Assembly (NCBI GenBank): GCA_031253995.1
Contig: JAIRVG010000012.1
Coordinates: 10,700 to 74,699, forward strand
Source: Paucimonas sp.
GTDB taxonomy: Bacteria > Pseudomonadota > Gammaproteobacteria > Pseudomonadales > Pseudomonadaceae
DNA: 64,000 bases
Reading direction: 5' to 3'
In this document: positions 1-10,058 of the stretch, piece after piece
Layout of the letters: each line of letters opens with the position of its first letter
How positions within the stretch are numbered: position 1 is the first letter of the stretch
Program-made: the position numbers and the translations under genes
Notes under the pieces: model-generated
What the model saw: the letters and a program-made list of their open reading frames with translations, nothing else
What the model was told of the DNA's origin: nothing
Database searches by the model: none

Positions 1-146
1 ACCTGACCGACAAGAAGTACTGGCAGTGGGATGACGTGCGCGGCTACGACGGCATTGGTGAAGCAGGTGCGACCGCGCCGGCCAACCTGGATCGCCTGAC
101 CATGCCGGGCCGCAATTTCGCGATCAACGTGGTGTGGGATATCTGA
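1..146 (+). CDS. TonB-dependent heme/hemoglobin receptor (PhuR-like), C-terminal fragment
   Basis: Frame 3 reads LTDKKYWQWDDVRGYDGIGEAGATAPANLDRLTMPGRNFAINVVWDI*. It has the NL(T/F)DKKY and PGRNF motifs and an aromatic-ending beta strand typical of TonB receptor C-termini. 5' part lies outside the window. Confidence 0.8.
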   Translation, partial: LTDKKYWQWDDVRGYDGIGEAGATAPANLDRLTMPGRNFAINVVWDI

Positions 147-154
147 TCGACGCA

Positions 155-194
155 GGCCCCAGTGGGAGCGGGTTCACCCGCTCCCACTGGGGCC
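155..194. repeat. REP-derived perfect palindrome; probable bidirectional terminator
   Basis: GGCCCCAGTGGGAGCGGG-TTCA-CCCGCTCCCACTGGGGCC: 18-bp perfect stem with GTGGGAG REP ends, between two convergent stop codons. Confidence 0.85.
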
Positions 195-199
195 GACAC

Positions 200-1627
200 C
201 TACAAACTCAATACCCCGCTATACAGGCTGAACGCCGCCAGCCCCGCCCCCGCCAGCACCGCAGCGAAGATCGCCTTCTCCCACCCGGTGAACAACGGCA
301 GCCCCTGCTCCCGCTTCGCCCGCGCGAACAGGATCACCCCCGGCGCATACAGCAACGCCGACAGCAGCAGATACTTCAGCCCGCCCGCATACAGCAGCCA
401 GATCGCATAAAGCAGCGCCACCAGTGCCACCAGCAGATCCTTGCGCCGCGCCCCGGCGAAACCCTCGTAGGTCTCCCCGCGTACCGCCAGCAACACCGCA
501 TAGGCCGCCGACCACAGGTACGGCACCAGGATCATCGACGACGCCAGGTAGATCAGGCTGGTATAGGTCCCCGCCGACACCAGGGTGATCAGCAGGAACA
601 GCTGGATCATGCAGTTGGTCAGCCACAGCGCATTGGCCGGCACCTGGTTGGCATTCTCCCGGGCGAGAAAACGCGGCATGGTCTTGTCCCGCGCCGTGGC
701 ATAGAGAATCTCCGCACACAACAGCGCCCAGGACAGCAACGCACCGATCAGCGACACCGCCAGCCCGAGGCTGATCAGCAACGCCCCCCAGGGCCCGACG
801 ATATGCTCCAGCACCGAAGCCAGCGACGGGTTGTGCAGTGCCGCCAGTTCCGGCTGGGTCATCACCCCCAGCGACAGCACGTTGACCAGCACCAGCAAGG
901 CGAGCACGCCCAGAAAGCCGATCACCGTGGCCTTGCCCACGTCCGAGCGCTTCTGCGCCCGTCCGGAATACACGCTGGCGCCCTCGATGCCGATAAACAC
1001 GAACACCGTCACCAGCATCATGTTGCGCACCTGGTCGAGCACGCTGCCAAAGCTCGGGTTGCCCAGGCCCCAGATGTCCCGGGTGAAGATATCCATGCGG
1101 AACGCCGCCGCCGCGATGACGATGAACAGGATCAGCGGCACCACCTTGGCCACCGTGGTCACCTGGTTGATGAACGCCGCCTCCTTGATCCCGCGCAGCA
1201 CCAGGAAGTGCACCGCCCACAGCAGCAGCGAGGCGCAGCCGATGGCCAGCGGCGTGTTGCCCTCGCCGAATACCGGGAAGTACAGGCCAAGGGTGCTGAA
1301 CAACAGGACGAAGTAACCGACATTGCCCAGCCAGGCACTGATCCAGTAGCCCCAGGCCGAGGAAAAGCCCATGTACTCGCCGAACCCGGCCTTGGCGTAG
1401 GCGTACACCCCGGAGTCCAGTTGCGGCTTGCGGTTGGCCAGGCTCTGGAAGACGAACGCCAGGGCGAGCATGCCGATGGCGGTGATCCCCCAGCCGATCA
1501 GCACCGCGCCGACGTCCGCACGTGCAGCCATGTTCTGTGGCAGGGAAAAGATCCCGCCGCCGATCATCGAGCCAACCACCAGCGCGACCAACGCACCCAG
1601 GCGCAGTTTCTGACCCGGCTCGGACAT
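200..1627 (-). CDS. arcD: Arginine/ornithine antiporter (APC family), divergent paralog
   Basis: MSEPGQKLRLGALVALVVGSMIGGGIFSLP; 475 aa from the ATG at 1627, preceded by an AAGGGG RBS. Collinear with the arcD at 2042. Confidence 0.9.
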   Translation of the reverse strand: MSEPGQKLRLGALVALVVGSMIGGGIFSLPQNMAARADVGAVLIGWGITAIGMLALAFVFQSLANRKPQLDSGVYAYAKAGFGEYMGFSSAWGYWISAWLGNVGYFVLLFSTLGLYFPVFGEGNTPLAIGCASLLLWAVHFLVLRGIKEAAFINQVTTVAKVVPLILFIVIAAAAFRMDIFTRDIWGLGNPSFGSVLDQVRNMMLVTVFVFIGIEGASVYSGRAQKRSDVGKATVIGFLGVLALLVLVNVLSLGVMTQPELAALHNPSLASVLEHIVGPWGALLISLGLAVSLIGALLSWALLCAEILYATARDKTMPRFLARENANQVPANALWLTNCMIQLFLLITLVSAGTYTSLIYLASSMILVPYLWSAAYAVLLAVRGETYEGFAGARRKDLLVALVALLYAIWLLYAGGLKYLLLSALLYAPGVILFARAKREQGLPLFTGWEKAIFAAVLAGAGLAAFSLYSGVLSL

Positions 1628-1834
1628 GAATTTCCCCTTTTTATCCGTCACTTTTCAGTTATTTAACCTGGTCACACACTTGTCAAGAATCCAGGTTATA
1701 AGCGTCCCGCTTTAATAGCCAAGTTATCTAATCGTCCGACAATCCGCAGAGAGTTTTGTGCACTAATTCCGCTTCAGCAAGTCTGATTAATATTTTCGTA
1801 TTAAAAATTTGCCATTCCCCGCAAACGGACTAGC

Positions 1835-1850
1835 TTCAAAGTTCGCGACA
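1835..1850 (-). promoter_or_regulatory. Possible ArgR half-site
   Basis: Minus strand TGTCGC-GAACTTTG-AA matches the Pseudomonas ArgR TGTCGC-N8-AA half-site. No second tandem half-site was found. Confidence 0.35.
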
Positions 1851-1967
1851 CCCTGAGAGCGATTCTCACCTTTGATACAGGTACCGCCAATCAAGGCCTC
1901 CAAGGCAGTGGAGAGTATCTGTGCATGCTCTTTCAGTCATTTGAAAACAATGGAATGTGCCAATGAA

Positions 1968-1981
1968 CTGACCTGAATCAT
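1968..1981 (+). promoter_or_regulatory. ANR/FNR-type box upstream of arcDABC
   Basis: CTGAC-CTGA-ATCAT versus consensus TTGAT-N4-ATCAA, 60 nt upstream of the arcD ATG. ANR control of arcDABC is established in Pseudomonas. Confidence 0.6.
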
Positions 1982-2041
1982 CTTCCGCTATTTGCATGCG
2001 CCCTACCCTACAGACTCTCTTTTCTGAAATGGAGCCAAGCC

Positions 2042-3469
2042 ATGTCAGAGGCATCCGGAAAACTTCGACTCGGTGCGCTGGTTGCACTCGTAGTTGGTTC
2101 GATGATTGGTGGCGGGATCTTTTCCCTCCCGCAAAACATGGCGGCCAGCGCCGATGTCGGCGCGGTATTGATCGGTTGGGCAATCACCGCCGTGGGCATG
2201 CTGACCCTGGCCTTCGTCTTCCAGACCCTGGCCAACCGCAAGCCCGACCTGGATGGCGGGGTGTATGCCTATGCCAAGGCCGGGTTCGGCGACTACATGG
2301 GTTTCTCCTCGGCCTGGGGCTACTGGATCAGTGCCTGGCTGGGTAACGTCGGTTACTTCGTCCTGCTGTTCAGCACCCTCGGCTACTTCTTCCCGATCTT
2401 CGGCGAGGGCAATACCCCGGCCGCGGTCATCGGCGCCTCACTGCTGCTGTGGGCGGTGCACTTCCTGGTGCTGCGCGGGATCAAGGAAGCGGCGTTCATC
2501 AACCTGGTCACCACCGTGGCCAAGGTAGTGCCGCTGGCGCTGTTCGTCCTCATCGCCCTGTTCGCCTTCAAGCTGGACATCTTCACCGCCGACATCTGGG
2601 GCACCATGAACCCGGACCTGGGCAGCGTGATGAACCAGGTGCGCAACATGATGCTGGTCACCGTCTGGGTGTTCATCGGCATCGAGGGCGCGAGCATCTT
2701 CTCGGCCCGCGCGGAAAAACGCTCGGACGTGGGCAAGGCCACGGTCATCGGTTTCATCACCGTGCTGCTGTTCCTGGTGCTGGTCAACGTGCTGTCCCTG
2801 GGCATCATGACCCAGCCTGAGCTGGCCAAGCTGCAGAACCCGTCGATGGCCGCCGTGCTCGAACACGTGGTCGGCCACTGGGGCGCGGTGCTGATCAGCG
2901 TCGGCCTGATCATCTCGCTGCTGGGGGCGCTGCTGTCGTGGGTGCTGCTGTGCGCGGAGATCATGTTCGCCGCGGCCAAGGACCACACCATGCCGGAGTT
3001 CCTGCGCCGCGAAAACGCCAACCATGTGCCGGCCAACGCCCTGTGGCTGACCAACGCCATGGTGCAGATCTTCCTGGTGATCACGCTGTTCTCGGCCAGT
3101 ACCTACCTGTCGCTGATCTACCTCGCCACCTCGATGATCCTGGTGCCCTACCTGTGGTCGGCGGCCTACGCGTTCCTCCTCGCCTTCCGCAGCGAGACCT
3201 ACGAGAACGCCCTGGCCGAACGCAAGAAAGACCTGGTCATCGGCGGCATCGCCCTGATCTACGCGATCTGGCTGCTGTACGCCGGTGGCGTCAAGTACCT
3301 GCTGCTCTCCGCCCTGCTCTATGCCCCTGGCGCGATCCTGTTCGCCAAGGCCAAGCGCGAGGTCGGCCAACCGGTTTTTACCAACGTGGAGAAGTTGATA
3401 TTCGCCGCCGTGGTCGCTGGCGCCCTGGTGGCTGCCTACGGCCTGTATGACGGCTTCCTTACGCTGTAA
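2042..3469 (+). CDS. arcD: Arginine/ornithine antiporter
   Basis: GSMIGGGIF and FIGIEGAS APC motifs; first gene of arcDABC; 475 aa. Confidence 0.95.
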   Translation: MSEASGKLRLGALVALVVGSMIGGGIFSLPQNMAASADVGAVLIGWAITAVGMLTLAFVFQTLANRKPDLDGGVYAYAKAGFGDYMGFSSAWGYWISAWLGNVGYFVLLFSTLGYFFPIFGEGNTPAAVIGASLLLWAVHFLVLRGIKEAAFINLVTTVAKVVPLALFVLIALFAFKLDIFTADIWGTMNPDLGSVMNQVRNMMLVTVWVFIGIEGASIFSARAEKRSDVGKATVIGFITVLLFLVLVNVLSLGIMTQPELAKLQNPSMAAVLEHVVGHWGAVLISVGLIISLLGALLSWVLLCAEIMFAAAKDHTMPEFLRRENANHVPANALWLTNAMVQIFLVITLFSASTYLSLIYLATSMILVPYLWSAAYAFLLAFRSETYENALAERKKDLVIGGIALIYAIWLLYAGGVKYLLLSALLYAPGAILFAKAKREVGQPVFTNVEKLIFAAVVAGALVAAYGLYDGFLTL

Positions 3470-3502
3470 CCCCCGTATTTCAAACCTTTGGAGGAAATGA
3501 TC

Positions 3503-4756
3503 ATGTCCACGGATATCAAGTACGGCGTCCATTCCGAGGCGGGCAAGCTGCGCAAAGTCATGGTTTGCTCCCCAGGTCTCGCTCACCAGCGCCTGACCCC
3601 GACCAACTGCGACGAGTTGCTGTTCGACGACGTCATCTGGGTGAACCAGGCCAAGCGCGACCATTTCGACTTCGTCACCAAGATGCGCGAGCGCGGTGTC
3701 GAGGTCCTGGAAATGCACAACCTGCTGACCGAGACCATCCAGAACCCCGAAGCCCTGAAGTGGATCCTCGACCGCAAGATCACCGCCGATACCGTCGGCG
3801 TCGGCCTGACCAACGAAGTGCGCAGCTGGCTGGAAGGCCTGGAGCCGCGACGCCTGGCCGAATTCCTCATCGGCGGCGTGGCCGGCGAGGACCTGCCGGA
3901 GAGCGAAGGCGCCAGCGTGATCAAGATGTACCGCGACTACCTGGGCCACTCCAGCTTCCTCCTGCCGCCGCTGCCGAACACCCAGTTCACCCGCGACACC
4001 ACCTGCTGGATCTACGGTGGCGTGACGCTGAACCCGATGTACTGGCCGGCCCGCCGCCAGGAAACCCTGCTGGCCAGCGCCATCTACAAGTTCCACCCCG
4101 AGTTCACCAACGCCGACTTCCAGGTCTGGTACGGCGACCCGGACAAGGACCACGGCCAGGCCACCCTGGAGGGCGGCGACGTCATGCCGATCGGCAATGG
4201 CGTGGTGCTGATCGGCATGGGCGAGCGCACCTCGCGCCAGGCCATCGGCCAGCTGGCGCAGTCGCTGTTCGCCAAGGGCGCGGTGGAGAAGGTGGTGGTC
4301 GCCGGCCTGCCGAAATCCCGCGCGGCGATGCACCTGGACACCGTGTTCAGCTTCTGCGACCGCGACTTGGTCACGGTCTTCCCGGAAGTGGTCAAGGAAA
4401 TCGTGCCGTTCGTCATCCGTCCGGACAACAGCAAGCCGTATGGCATGGACGTGCGCCGCGAGAACAAGTCGTTCATCGAAGTGGTCGCCGAGTCCCTGGG
4501 CCTGAACAAGCTGCGCGTGGTGGAGACCGGCGGCAACAGCTTCGCCGCCGAGCGCGAGCAATGGGATGACGGCAACAACGTGGTGGCCCTGGAGCCCGGC
4601 GTGGTCATCGGCTACGACCGCAACACCTACACCAACACACTGCTGCGCAAGGCCGGTGTGGAAGTCATCACCATCAGCGCCGGCGAGCTCGGCCGCGGCC
4701 GTGGCGGCGGCCACTGCATGACCTGCCCGATCGTCCGCGACCCGATCGACTACTAA
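3503..4756 (+). CDS. arcA: Arginine deiminase
   Basis: [26 protein letters not shown] and GGGHCMTCP motifs. Start chosen by spacing to the GGAGG RBS. Confidence 0.97.
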   Translation: MSTDIKYGVHSEAGKLRKVMVCSPGLAHQRLTPTNCDELLFDDVIWVNQAKRDHFDFVTKMRERGVEVLEMHNLLTETIQNPEALKWILDRKITADTVGVGLTNEVRSWLEGLEPRRLAEFLIGGVAGEDLPESEGASVIKMYRDYLGHSSFLLPPLPNTQFTRDTTCWIYGGVTLNPMYWPARRQETLLASAIYKFHPEFTNADFQVWYGDPDKDHGQATLEGGDVMPIGNGVVLIGMGERTSRQAIGQLAQSLFAKGAVEKVVVAGLPKSRAAMHLDTVFSFCDRDLVTVFPEVVKEIVPFVIRPDNSKPYGMDVRRENKSFIEVVAESLGLNKLRVVETGGNSFAAEREQWDDGNNVVALEPGVVIGYDRNTYTNTLLRKAGVEVITISAGELGRGRGGGHCMTCPIVRDPIDY

Positions 4757-4824
4757 AACGTCCATCACCCCGGCCGGGCCTACCCGGCGCGGTCGGGGCT
4801 CACCGAATCCAAGGAGAATCCAAA

Positions 4825-5835
4825 ATGGCGTTCAACATCCACAACCGCAACCTGCTCAGCCTCGAACACCACACCGAGCGCGAGCTGCGCTACCTGCTCG
4901 ACCTGTCCCGCGACCTCAAGCGCGCCAAGTACACCGGCACCGAGCAGCAGCACCTGAAGGGCAACAACATCGCCCTGATCTTCGAGAAGACCTCGACCCG
5001 TACCCGCTGCGCCTTCGAAGTGGCCGCCTACGACCAGGGCGCCAACGTCACCTACATCGATCCCAACTCCTCGCAGATCGGCCACAAGGAAAGCATGAAG
5101 GACACCGCCCGCGTGCTCGGGCGCATGTACGACGCCATCGAGTACCGTGGCTTCAAGCAGGAAGTGGTGGAAGAGCTGGCGAAGTTCGCCGGCGTGCCGG
5201 TGTTCAACGGCCTGACCGACGAGTACCACCCGACCCAGATGATCGCCGACGTGCTGACCATGCGCGAGCACGCCGACAAGCCGCTGCACGACATCAGCTA
5301 CGCCTACCTGGGCGACGCCCGCAACAACATGGGCAACTCGCTGCTGCTGATCGGCGCCAAGCTCGGCATGGACGTGCGCATCGCCGCGCCGAAGGCCCTG
5401 TGGCCCCATGACGACCTGGTTGCCCGCTGCAGGAAATACGCGGAAGACAGCGGTGCGCGGATCACCCTGACCGAAGATCCGAAGGCCGCGGTCAAGGGCG
5501 TCGACTTCGTGCATACCGATGTCTGGGTGTCCATGGGCGAGCCGGTGGAAGCCTGGGGCGAGCGTATCCAGCAGTTGCTGCCGTACCAGGTCAATGCCGA
5601 GCTGATGAAGGCCACCGGCAACCCGCGGGCCAAGTTCATGCACTGCCTGCCGGCGTTCCACAACTCGGAGACCAAGGTCGGCAAGCAGATCGCCGAGCAG
5701 TATCCGCACCTGGCCAATGGCATCGAGGTGACCGACGACGTCTTCGAATCGCCGGCCTGCATCGCCTTCGAGCAGGCGGAAAACCGCATGCACACGATCA
5801 AGGCGATCCTGGTTTCGACCCTGGCTGATCTGTAA
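4825..5835 (+). CDS. arcB: Catabolic ornithine carbamoyltransferase
   Basis: STRTR, HPTQ and FMHCLP motifs; position in arc operon. Confidence 0.97.
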   Translation: MAFNIHNRNLLSLEHHTERELRYLLDLSRDLKRAKYTGTEQQHLKGNNIALIFEKTSTRTRCAFEVAAYDQGANVTYIDPNSSQIGHKESMKDTARVLGRMYDAIEYRGFKQEVVEELAKFAGVPVFNGLTDEYHPTQMIADVLTMREHADKPLHDISYAYLGDARNNMGNSLLLIGAKLGMDVRIAAPKALWPHDDLVARCRKYAEDSGARITLTEDPKAAVKGVDFVHTDVWVSMGEPVEAWGERIQQLLPYQVNAELMKATGNPRAKFMHCLPAFHNSETKVGKQIAEQYPHLANGIEVTDDVFESPACIAFEQAENRMHTIKAILVSTLADL

Positions 5836-5840
5836 CCCCA

Positions 5841-5909
5841 ATCGCTGGCAAGCCAGCTCCCACAGGTCCGGTTTACACAGCCCCCTGTGGGAGCTGGCTT
5901 GCCAGCGAT
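5841..5909. repeat. Inverted REP doublet (GTGGGAG ends facing inward)
   Basis: ATCGCTGGCAAGCCAGCTCCCACAGG-spacer-CCTGTGGGAGCTGGCTTGCCAGCGAT, between arcB and arcC. Confidence 0.9.
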
Positions 5910-5948
5910 GGCGGCCTCCCGTTCAACGAGATTCAAAGGACATTCCCC

Positions 5949-6878
5949 ATGCGTATCGTTGTTGCACTAGGCGGTAACGCGCTGCTGCGCCGTGGCGAGC
6001 CCATGACCGCCGATAACCAGCGCGCCAATATCCGCATCGCCACCGAGCAGATCGCCAAGATCCACCCCGGCAACCAGCTGGTGATCGCCCACGGCAACGG
6101 CCCGCAGGTCGGCCTGCTGTCGCTGCAGGCGGCGGCCTACACCTCGGTCACCCCTTACCCCCTGGACGTCCTCGGCGCCGAGACCGAAGGCATGATCGGC
6201 TACATGATCGAACAGGAACTGGGCAACCTGCTGGACTTCGAAGTGCCCTTCGCCACCCTGCTCACCCAGGTCGAAGTGGATGCCAAGGACCCGGCCTTCC
6301 AGCACCCGACCAAACCCATCGGCCCGGTCTATTCCAAGGAAGAAGCCGAGCGCCTGGCCAAGGAGAAAGGCTGGGCCATCGCCCCCGACGGCGACAAGTA
6401 CCGCCGCGTGGTGGCCAGCCCGAAACCCAAGCGCATCTTCGAGATCCGCCCGATCAAGTGGCTGCTGGAAAAGAGCAGTATCGTGATCTGTGCCGGTGGT
6501 GGCGGCATCCCGACCATGTATGGTGCCGACGGCAAGCTGCAGGGCATCGAGGCGGTAATCGACAAGGACCTGTGCTCGGCACTCCTGGCGGAACAGCTGG
6601 ACGCCGACCTGCTGGTGATCGCCACTGACGTCAATGCCGCGTACATCGACTTCAACAAGCCGACCCAGAAAGCCATCGCCCAGGCCCACCCGGATGAACT
6701 GGAACGCCTGGGCTTCGCCGCCGGCTCCATGGGGCCGAAGGTGCAGGCAGCTTGCGATTTCGCCCGACACACAGGCAAAGTCGCGGTGATCGGCTCGCTG
6801 AGCGATATCGAGGATATCGTCAAAGGCACCGCCGGCACCCGGGTCAGCACGGCCTCGCCAGGCATCAGCTATCGTTGA
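5949..6878 (+). CDS. arcC: Carbamate kinase
   Basis: [28 protein letters not shown] and GSMGPK motifs. Confidence 0.97.
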   Translation: MRIVVALGGNALLRRGEPMTADNQRANIRIATEQIAKIHPGNQLVIAHGNGPQVGLLSLQAAAYTSVTPYPLDVLGAETEGMIGYMIEQELGNLLDFEVPFATLLTQVEVDAKDPAFQHPTKPIGPVYSKEEAERLAKEKGWAIAPDGDKYRRVVASPKPKRIFEIRPIKWLLEKSSIVICAGGGGIPTMYGADGKLQGIEAVIDKDLCSALLAEQLDADLLVIATDVNAAYIDFNKPTQKAIAQAHPDELERLGFAAGSMGPKVQAACDFARHTGKVAVIGSLSDIEDIVKGTAGTRVSTASPGISYR

Positions 6879-6938
6879 AACCTTGTGGCGGGCCTGCTGG
6901 CGGGTCCGCCTGTTTCAACCGTACAAGGAGCGCCTGAA

Positions 6939-7301
6939 ATGGCACAGTTCACCCCCGGTCACCTGCATATCGAGCGTCATGCGCTGAACAAGGCCGACCA
7001 CAGCTACAACATCTGCGTCGATTACGAAGTCACCCAGGATCCCAAGGAAGGCAAGGGCATGCAGTTCCGCATGCACGGGACCATCCAGGACAAACCGGTG
7101 GACGAGAAATTCTTCCTCGCCAAGGACCAGGCGTTCGACTTCGCCCGCTCGATCGACCGCGTCGCCAAGCAATATGGCGTGCCGCCAAAAGCCGTGGTCA
7201 CCTCGGCACATGACATGTACTACGACCCCATGTTCGAGGACATCCGCAGCAAGCTCGACGTGAAATCCGGCGACCCGATCAACCCGCAGCACCTGGAGTA
7301 A
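6939..7301 (+). CDS. Conserved hypothetical protein (DUF5064-like)
   Basis: AAGGAG RBS then MAQFTPGHLHIER; resembles the Pseudomonas protein I recall downstream of arcC. Confidence 0.65.
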   Translation: MAQFTPGHLHIERHALNKADHSYNICVDYEVTQDPKEGKGMQFRMHGTIQDKPVDEKFFLAKDQAFDFARSIDRVAKQYGVPPKAVVTSAHDMYYDPMFEDIRSKLDVKSGDPINPQHLE

Positions 7302-7394
7302 TCCGCGCGGCTCACCGCTGGCAAGCCATTCGACCGCCAGGCGGGCGCAAGGCATACTTGCACGCTTCGCCAGCCGTGAACCCCCAAGCTCCCC

Positions 7395-8903
7395 ATGCGC
7401 ATCCACGTCAGCTTCATCGACCGCGTCGGCATTACCCAGGAAGTGCTCGCCCTGCTGGGCGCCCGCAATCTCAACCTGGATGCGGTGGAGATGGTGCCGC
7501 CGAACGTCTACATCGATGCGCCGACGCTGAACCCCTTCGTCCTCGAAGAACTCCACGACGCCCTGCTCAACGTGCACGGCGTGCAGACCGTGCGCGTGGT
7601 CGACATCCTGCCCGGCCAGCGCCGCCACCTGCAGCTCGACGCCCTGCTGGCGGCCATGAGCGATCCGGTGCTGGCCCTGGACAGCGCCGGCCACGTGCTG
7701 CTGGCCAACCCGGCGCTGATCGCCCTGTGCGGCCAGGAGCCAGCAGGGCGCAGCATCGCCGAGCTGTTCGATGCTCCGGAACTGCTCGCCAGCCTGATCG
7801 AACAAGGCTTCCGCCTGCCGATGCGGGAAGTGGTGCTCAACGGCCAGACCCTGTTGCTGGACGCCACGCCGATCACCGACGCTGGCGCCCTGGTCACCCT
7901 GTACCCGCCGAACCGCATCGGCGAACGCCTGTCGGCCCTGCACCACGACCATGCCGAGGGCTTCGACGCCCTGCTCGGCGAATCGCCGGCGATCCGCACC
8001 CTGAAGACCCGCGCCCTGCGCGTCGCCGCCCTTGACGCGCCGCTGCTGATCCACGGCGAGACCGGCACCGGCAAGGAACTGGTGGCCCGTGCCTGCCACG
8101 CCATCAGCAGCCGCCACGCCGCGCCGTTCCTGGCCCTCAACTGTGCGGCGCTGCCGGAGAACCTCGCCGAGAGCGAGCTGTTCGGCTACGCACCCGGCGC
8201 CTTCACCGGCGCCCAGCGCGGCGGCAAGCCGGGGCTGATGGAGCTGGCCAACCAGGGCACGGTGTTCCTCGACGAGATCGGCGAGATGTCGCCGTACCTG
8301 CAGGCCAAGCTGCTGCGTTTCCTCAACGACGGCAGCTTCCGCCGGGTCGGCGGTGATCGCGAGGTGCGGGTCAACGTGCGCATCCTCAGCGCCACCCACC
8401 GCGACCTGGAAAAGATGGTGGCCGAAGGTGCCTTCCGCGAAGACCTGTTCTACCGCCTCAACGTCCTCAACCTGGAAGTGCCGCCGCTGCGCGAGCGCGG
8501 CCAGGACATCCTCCTGCTGGCGCGCTACTTCATGCAGCAGGCCTGCACCCAGATCCAGCGCCCGCTGTGCCGCCTGGCCCCGGACACCTACCCGGCCCTG
8601 CTCGGCAACCGCTGGCCGGGCAACGTGCGCCAGTTGCAGAACGTGATCTTCCGCGCCGCCGCCATCAGCGACAGCAGCCTGGTGGACATCGGCGACCTGG
8701 ACATCGCCGGCACCTCGGTGGCGGGTACCCAGGACGGCGAGGTGGCCAGCCTGGAGCAGGCGGTGGAAAACTTCGAGAAGAACCTGCTGGAAAAGCTCTA
8801 CGCCGACTATCCGTCGACGCGCCAGCTGGCCAGCCGCCTGCAGACCTCCCACACCGCCATTGCCCATCGGCTGCGCAAGTACGGGATCTCGGGGAAGAGC
8901 TGA
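7395..8903 (+). CDS. gcsR: TyrR-like sigma54 enhancer-binding protein (glycine cleavage regulator)
   Basis: ACT-like N-terminus, PAS, GETGTGKE Walker A, GAFTGA loop, C-terminal HTH (SHTAIAHRLRKYG); located upstream of gcvH. Confidence 0.88.
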   Translation: MRIHVSFIDRVGITQEVLALLGARNLNLDAVEMVPPNVYIDAPTLNPFVLEELHDALLNVHGVQTVRVVDILPGQRRHLQLDALLAAMSDPVLALDSAGHVLLANPALIALCGQEPAGRSIAELFDAPELLASLIEQGFRLPMREVVLNGQTLLLDATPITDAGALVTLYPPNRIGERLSALHHDHAEGFDALLGESPAIRTLKTRALRVAALDAPLLIHGETGTGKELVARACHAISSRHAAPFLALNCAALPENLAESELFGYAPGAFTGAQRGGKPGLMELANQGTVFLDEIGEMSPYLQAKLLRFLNDGSFRRVGGDREVRVNVRILSATHRDLEKMVAEGAFREDLFYRLNVLNLEVPPLRERGQDILLLARYFMQQACTQIQRPLCRLAPDTYPALLGNRWPGNVRQLQNVIFRAAAISDSSLVDIGDLDIAGTSVAGTQDGEVASLEQAVENFEKNLLEKLYADYPSTRQLASRLQTSHTAIAHRLRKYGISGKS

Positions 8904-8905
8904 GA

Positions 8906-9667
8906 TCACTCGGGCATGTTCGCGCTCGCCGTGCAGTCCTGTCCGGCCGTGCAGGACGCTCGGGCAATCTTCTCGCAATGGCCGTAGGTGCGGCTGCTAC
9001 TGCTGTTCGGAGATACCTCTCCGTTGGCCAGCGGTTTGAAGAACACTGCCGAAGTGGGTGGCACCTCCGCACAGGAACCGTGCTGTTCGTTCCCTTGGGC
9101 GAAATCTTCGAGGAAGGACAATATCCCCGGCTTCAGCCCACCCCAGGTATTCGGGGTCTGGATGACCGCTACGTTCTTCACTGCGCCATTGCTTTCGTCG
9201 CGCACCGAGAGCTGAAAGTTGCCCGGCGTAAGGCGTTTGAGCAGGAACACGTATTTGACGCCCTCTTTCCAGGGGTACGCCACCCAGCACTGGACGCCCG
9301 ATCCTTCGTGGTCGAAGAAGCCGCAATTGACTCCCGCGCCTTCCATGTCCCACCGGATCGCTTTCCAGATCGAGAAATTGATGCGTTTCTCGTTCGCGGA
9401 ATTGGCTTGCAAACCCGCATAGCCAACATCCCCGTTCTCGATCCAGAACTGCGTGGCCCAGAACGTGCGCCCGTTGTAGCCCGGCTCGGTATCGATCCGC
9501 AGCGCAAACTCCAGCGCGGTGTAGCCATTGGGTTTCTCGGGGAACCCGCGCTCGATAGCGACCATACCACCTGCCTCCACTCTCTCGGGCCCGGCACTCG
9601 CCCACATCGGACCCAAGGAACACAACATAAGGAAGAACAACGGGCAAAGGCCCAGGAACCGATTCAT
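8906..9667 (-). CDS. Secreted protein, DUF3472-like (accessory)
   Basis: GGAG RBS 7 nt before the ATG at 9667; Sec signal peptide ending ASA-G. GYAGLQ, INFSIW, FDHEGSGVQC and YPWKEG resemble DUF3472 motifs. Six Cys in the mature part; third codon positions visibly more A/T-rich than the flanks. Confidence 0.6.
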   Translation of the reverse strand: MNRFLGLCPLFFLMLCSLGPMWASAGPERVEAGGMVAIERGFPEKPNGYTALEFALRIDTEPGYNGRTFWATQFWIENGDVGYAGLQANSANEKRINFSIWKAIRWDMEGAGVNCGFFDHEGSGVQCWVAYPWKEGVKYVFLLKRLTPGNFQLSVRDESNGAVKNVAVIQTPNTWGGLKPGILSFLEDFAQGNEQHGSCAEVPPTSAVFFKPLANGEVSPNSSSSRTYGHCEKIARASCTAGQDCTASANMPE

Positions 9668-9756
9668 AAGCACGCTCCAATCAGTACATGGTCTGGCGCT
9701 GTACTTCGAACTCAGCGGATCAGCAATGAGCATGAGGGCTTGAGGTGCTGACGTAA

Positions 9757-9774
9757 ACTGACAGAAATATCAGT
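9757..9774 (-). promoter_or_regulatory. 18-bp imperfect palindrome upstream of the DUF3472-like gene
   Basis: Minus strand ACTGATATTTCTGTCAGT; 15/18 identical to 27957-27974. Confidence 0.5.
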
Positions 9775-9775
9775 C

Positions 9776-9836
9776 TGTACTGAATTCAATACACCGTATC
9801 GAATTCAATACAGACCGTTGTAACAACGCTGTAGCA
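9776..9836 (+). promoter_or_regulatory. Three tandem 18-bp TyrR-type boxes (GcsR enhancer)
   Basis: TGTACTGAATTCAATACA (9776-9793), CGTATCGAATTCAATACA (9795-9812) and TGTAACAACGCTGTAGCA (9819-9836), about 120-180 nt upstream of the sigma54 site. Confidence 0.65.
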
Positions 9837-9957
9837 AGGCGTTGATCTGGCGAAACATTTTTCTCATGCCCTTGCCGTAGCGATTTCATTACAGGGTTTT
9901 TCAAAAACGGTCAGGAAAAATCGACCAAAGCCTTGATTAACAGGGCTTTTCCGGACA

Positions 9958-9973
9958 TGGCCGCAAACTTGCT
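9958..9973 (+). promoter_or_regulatory. Sigma54 -24/-12 promoter of the gcv operon
   Basis: TGGCCGCAAACTTGCT, with exact GG-N10-GC spacing. Confidence 0.8.
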
Positions 9974-10058
9974 ATGGAAATTCCAACCCCGGCCTGCCGT
10001 GTTCATCCGGCGGGCCAATCCCGCATCCGGCCGCTACGGCGGCCTTCGAGGAGTTTCC

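Noticed and set aside
7312-7335. CGCTGGCAAGCC fragments at about 7316 and 40413 resembling REP cores
   Set aside because: Only about 12 nt match, with no GTGGGAG end or partner copy; insufficient to call.
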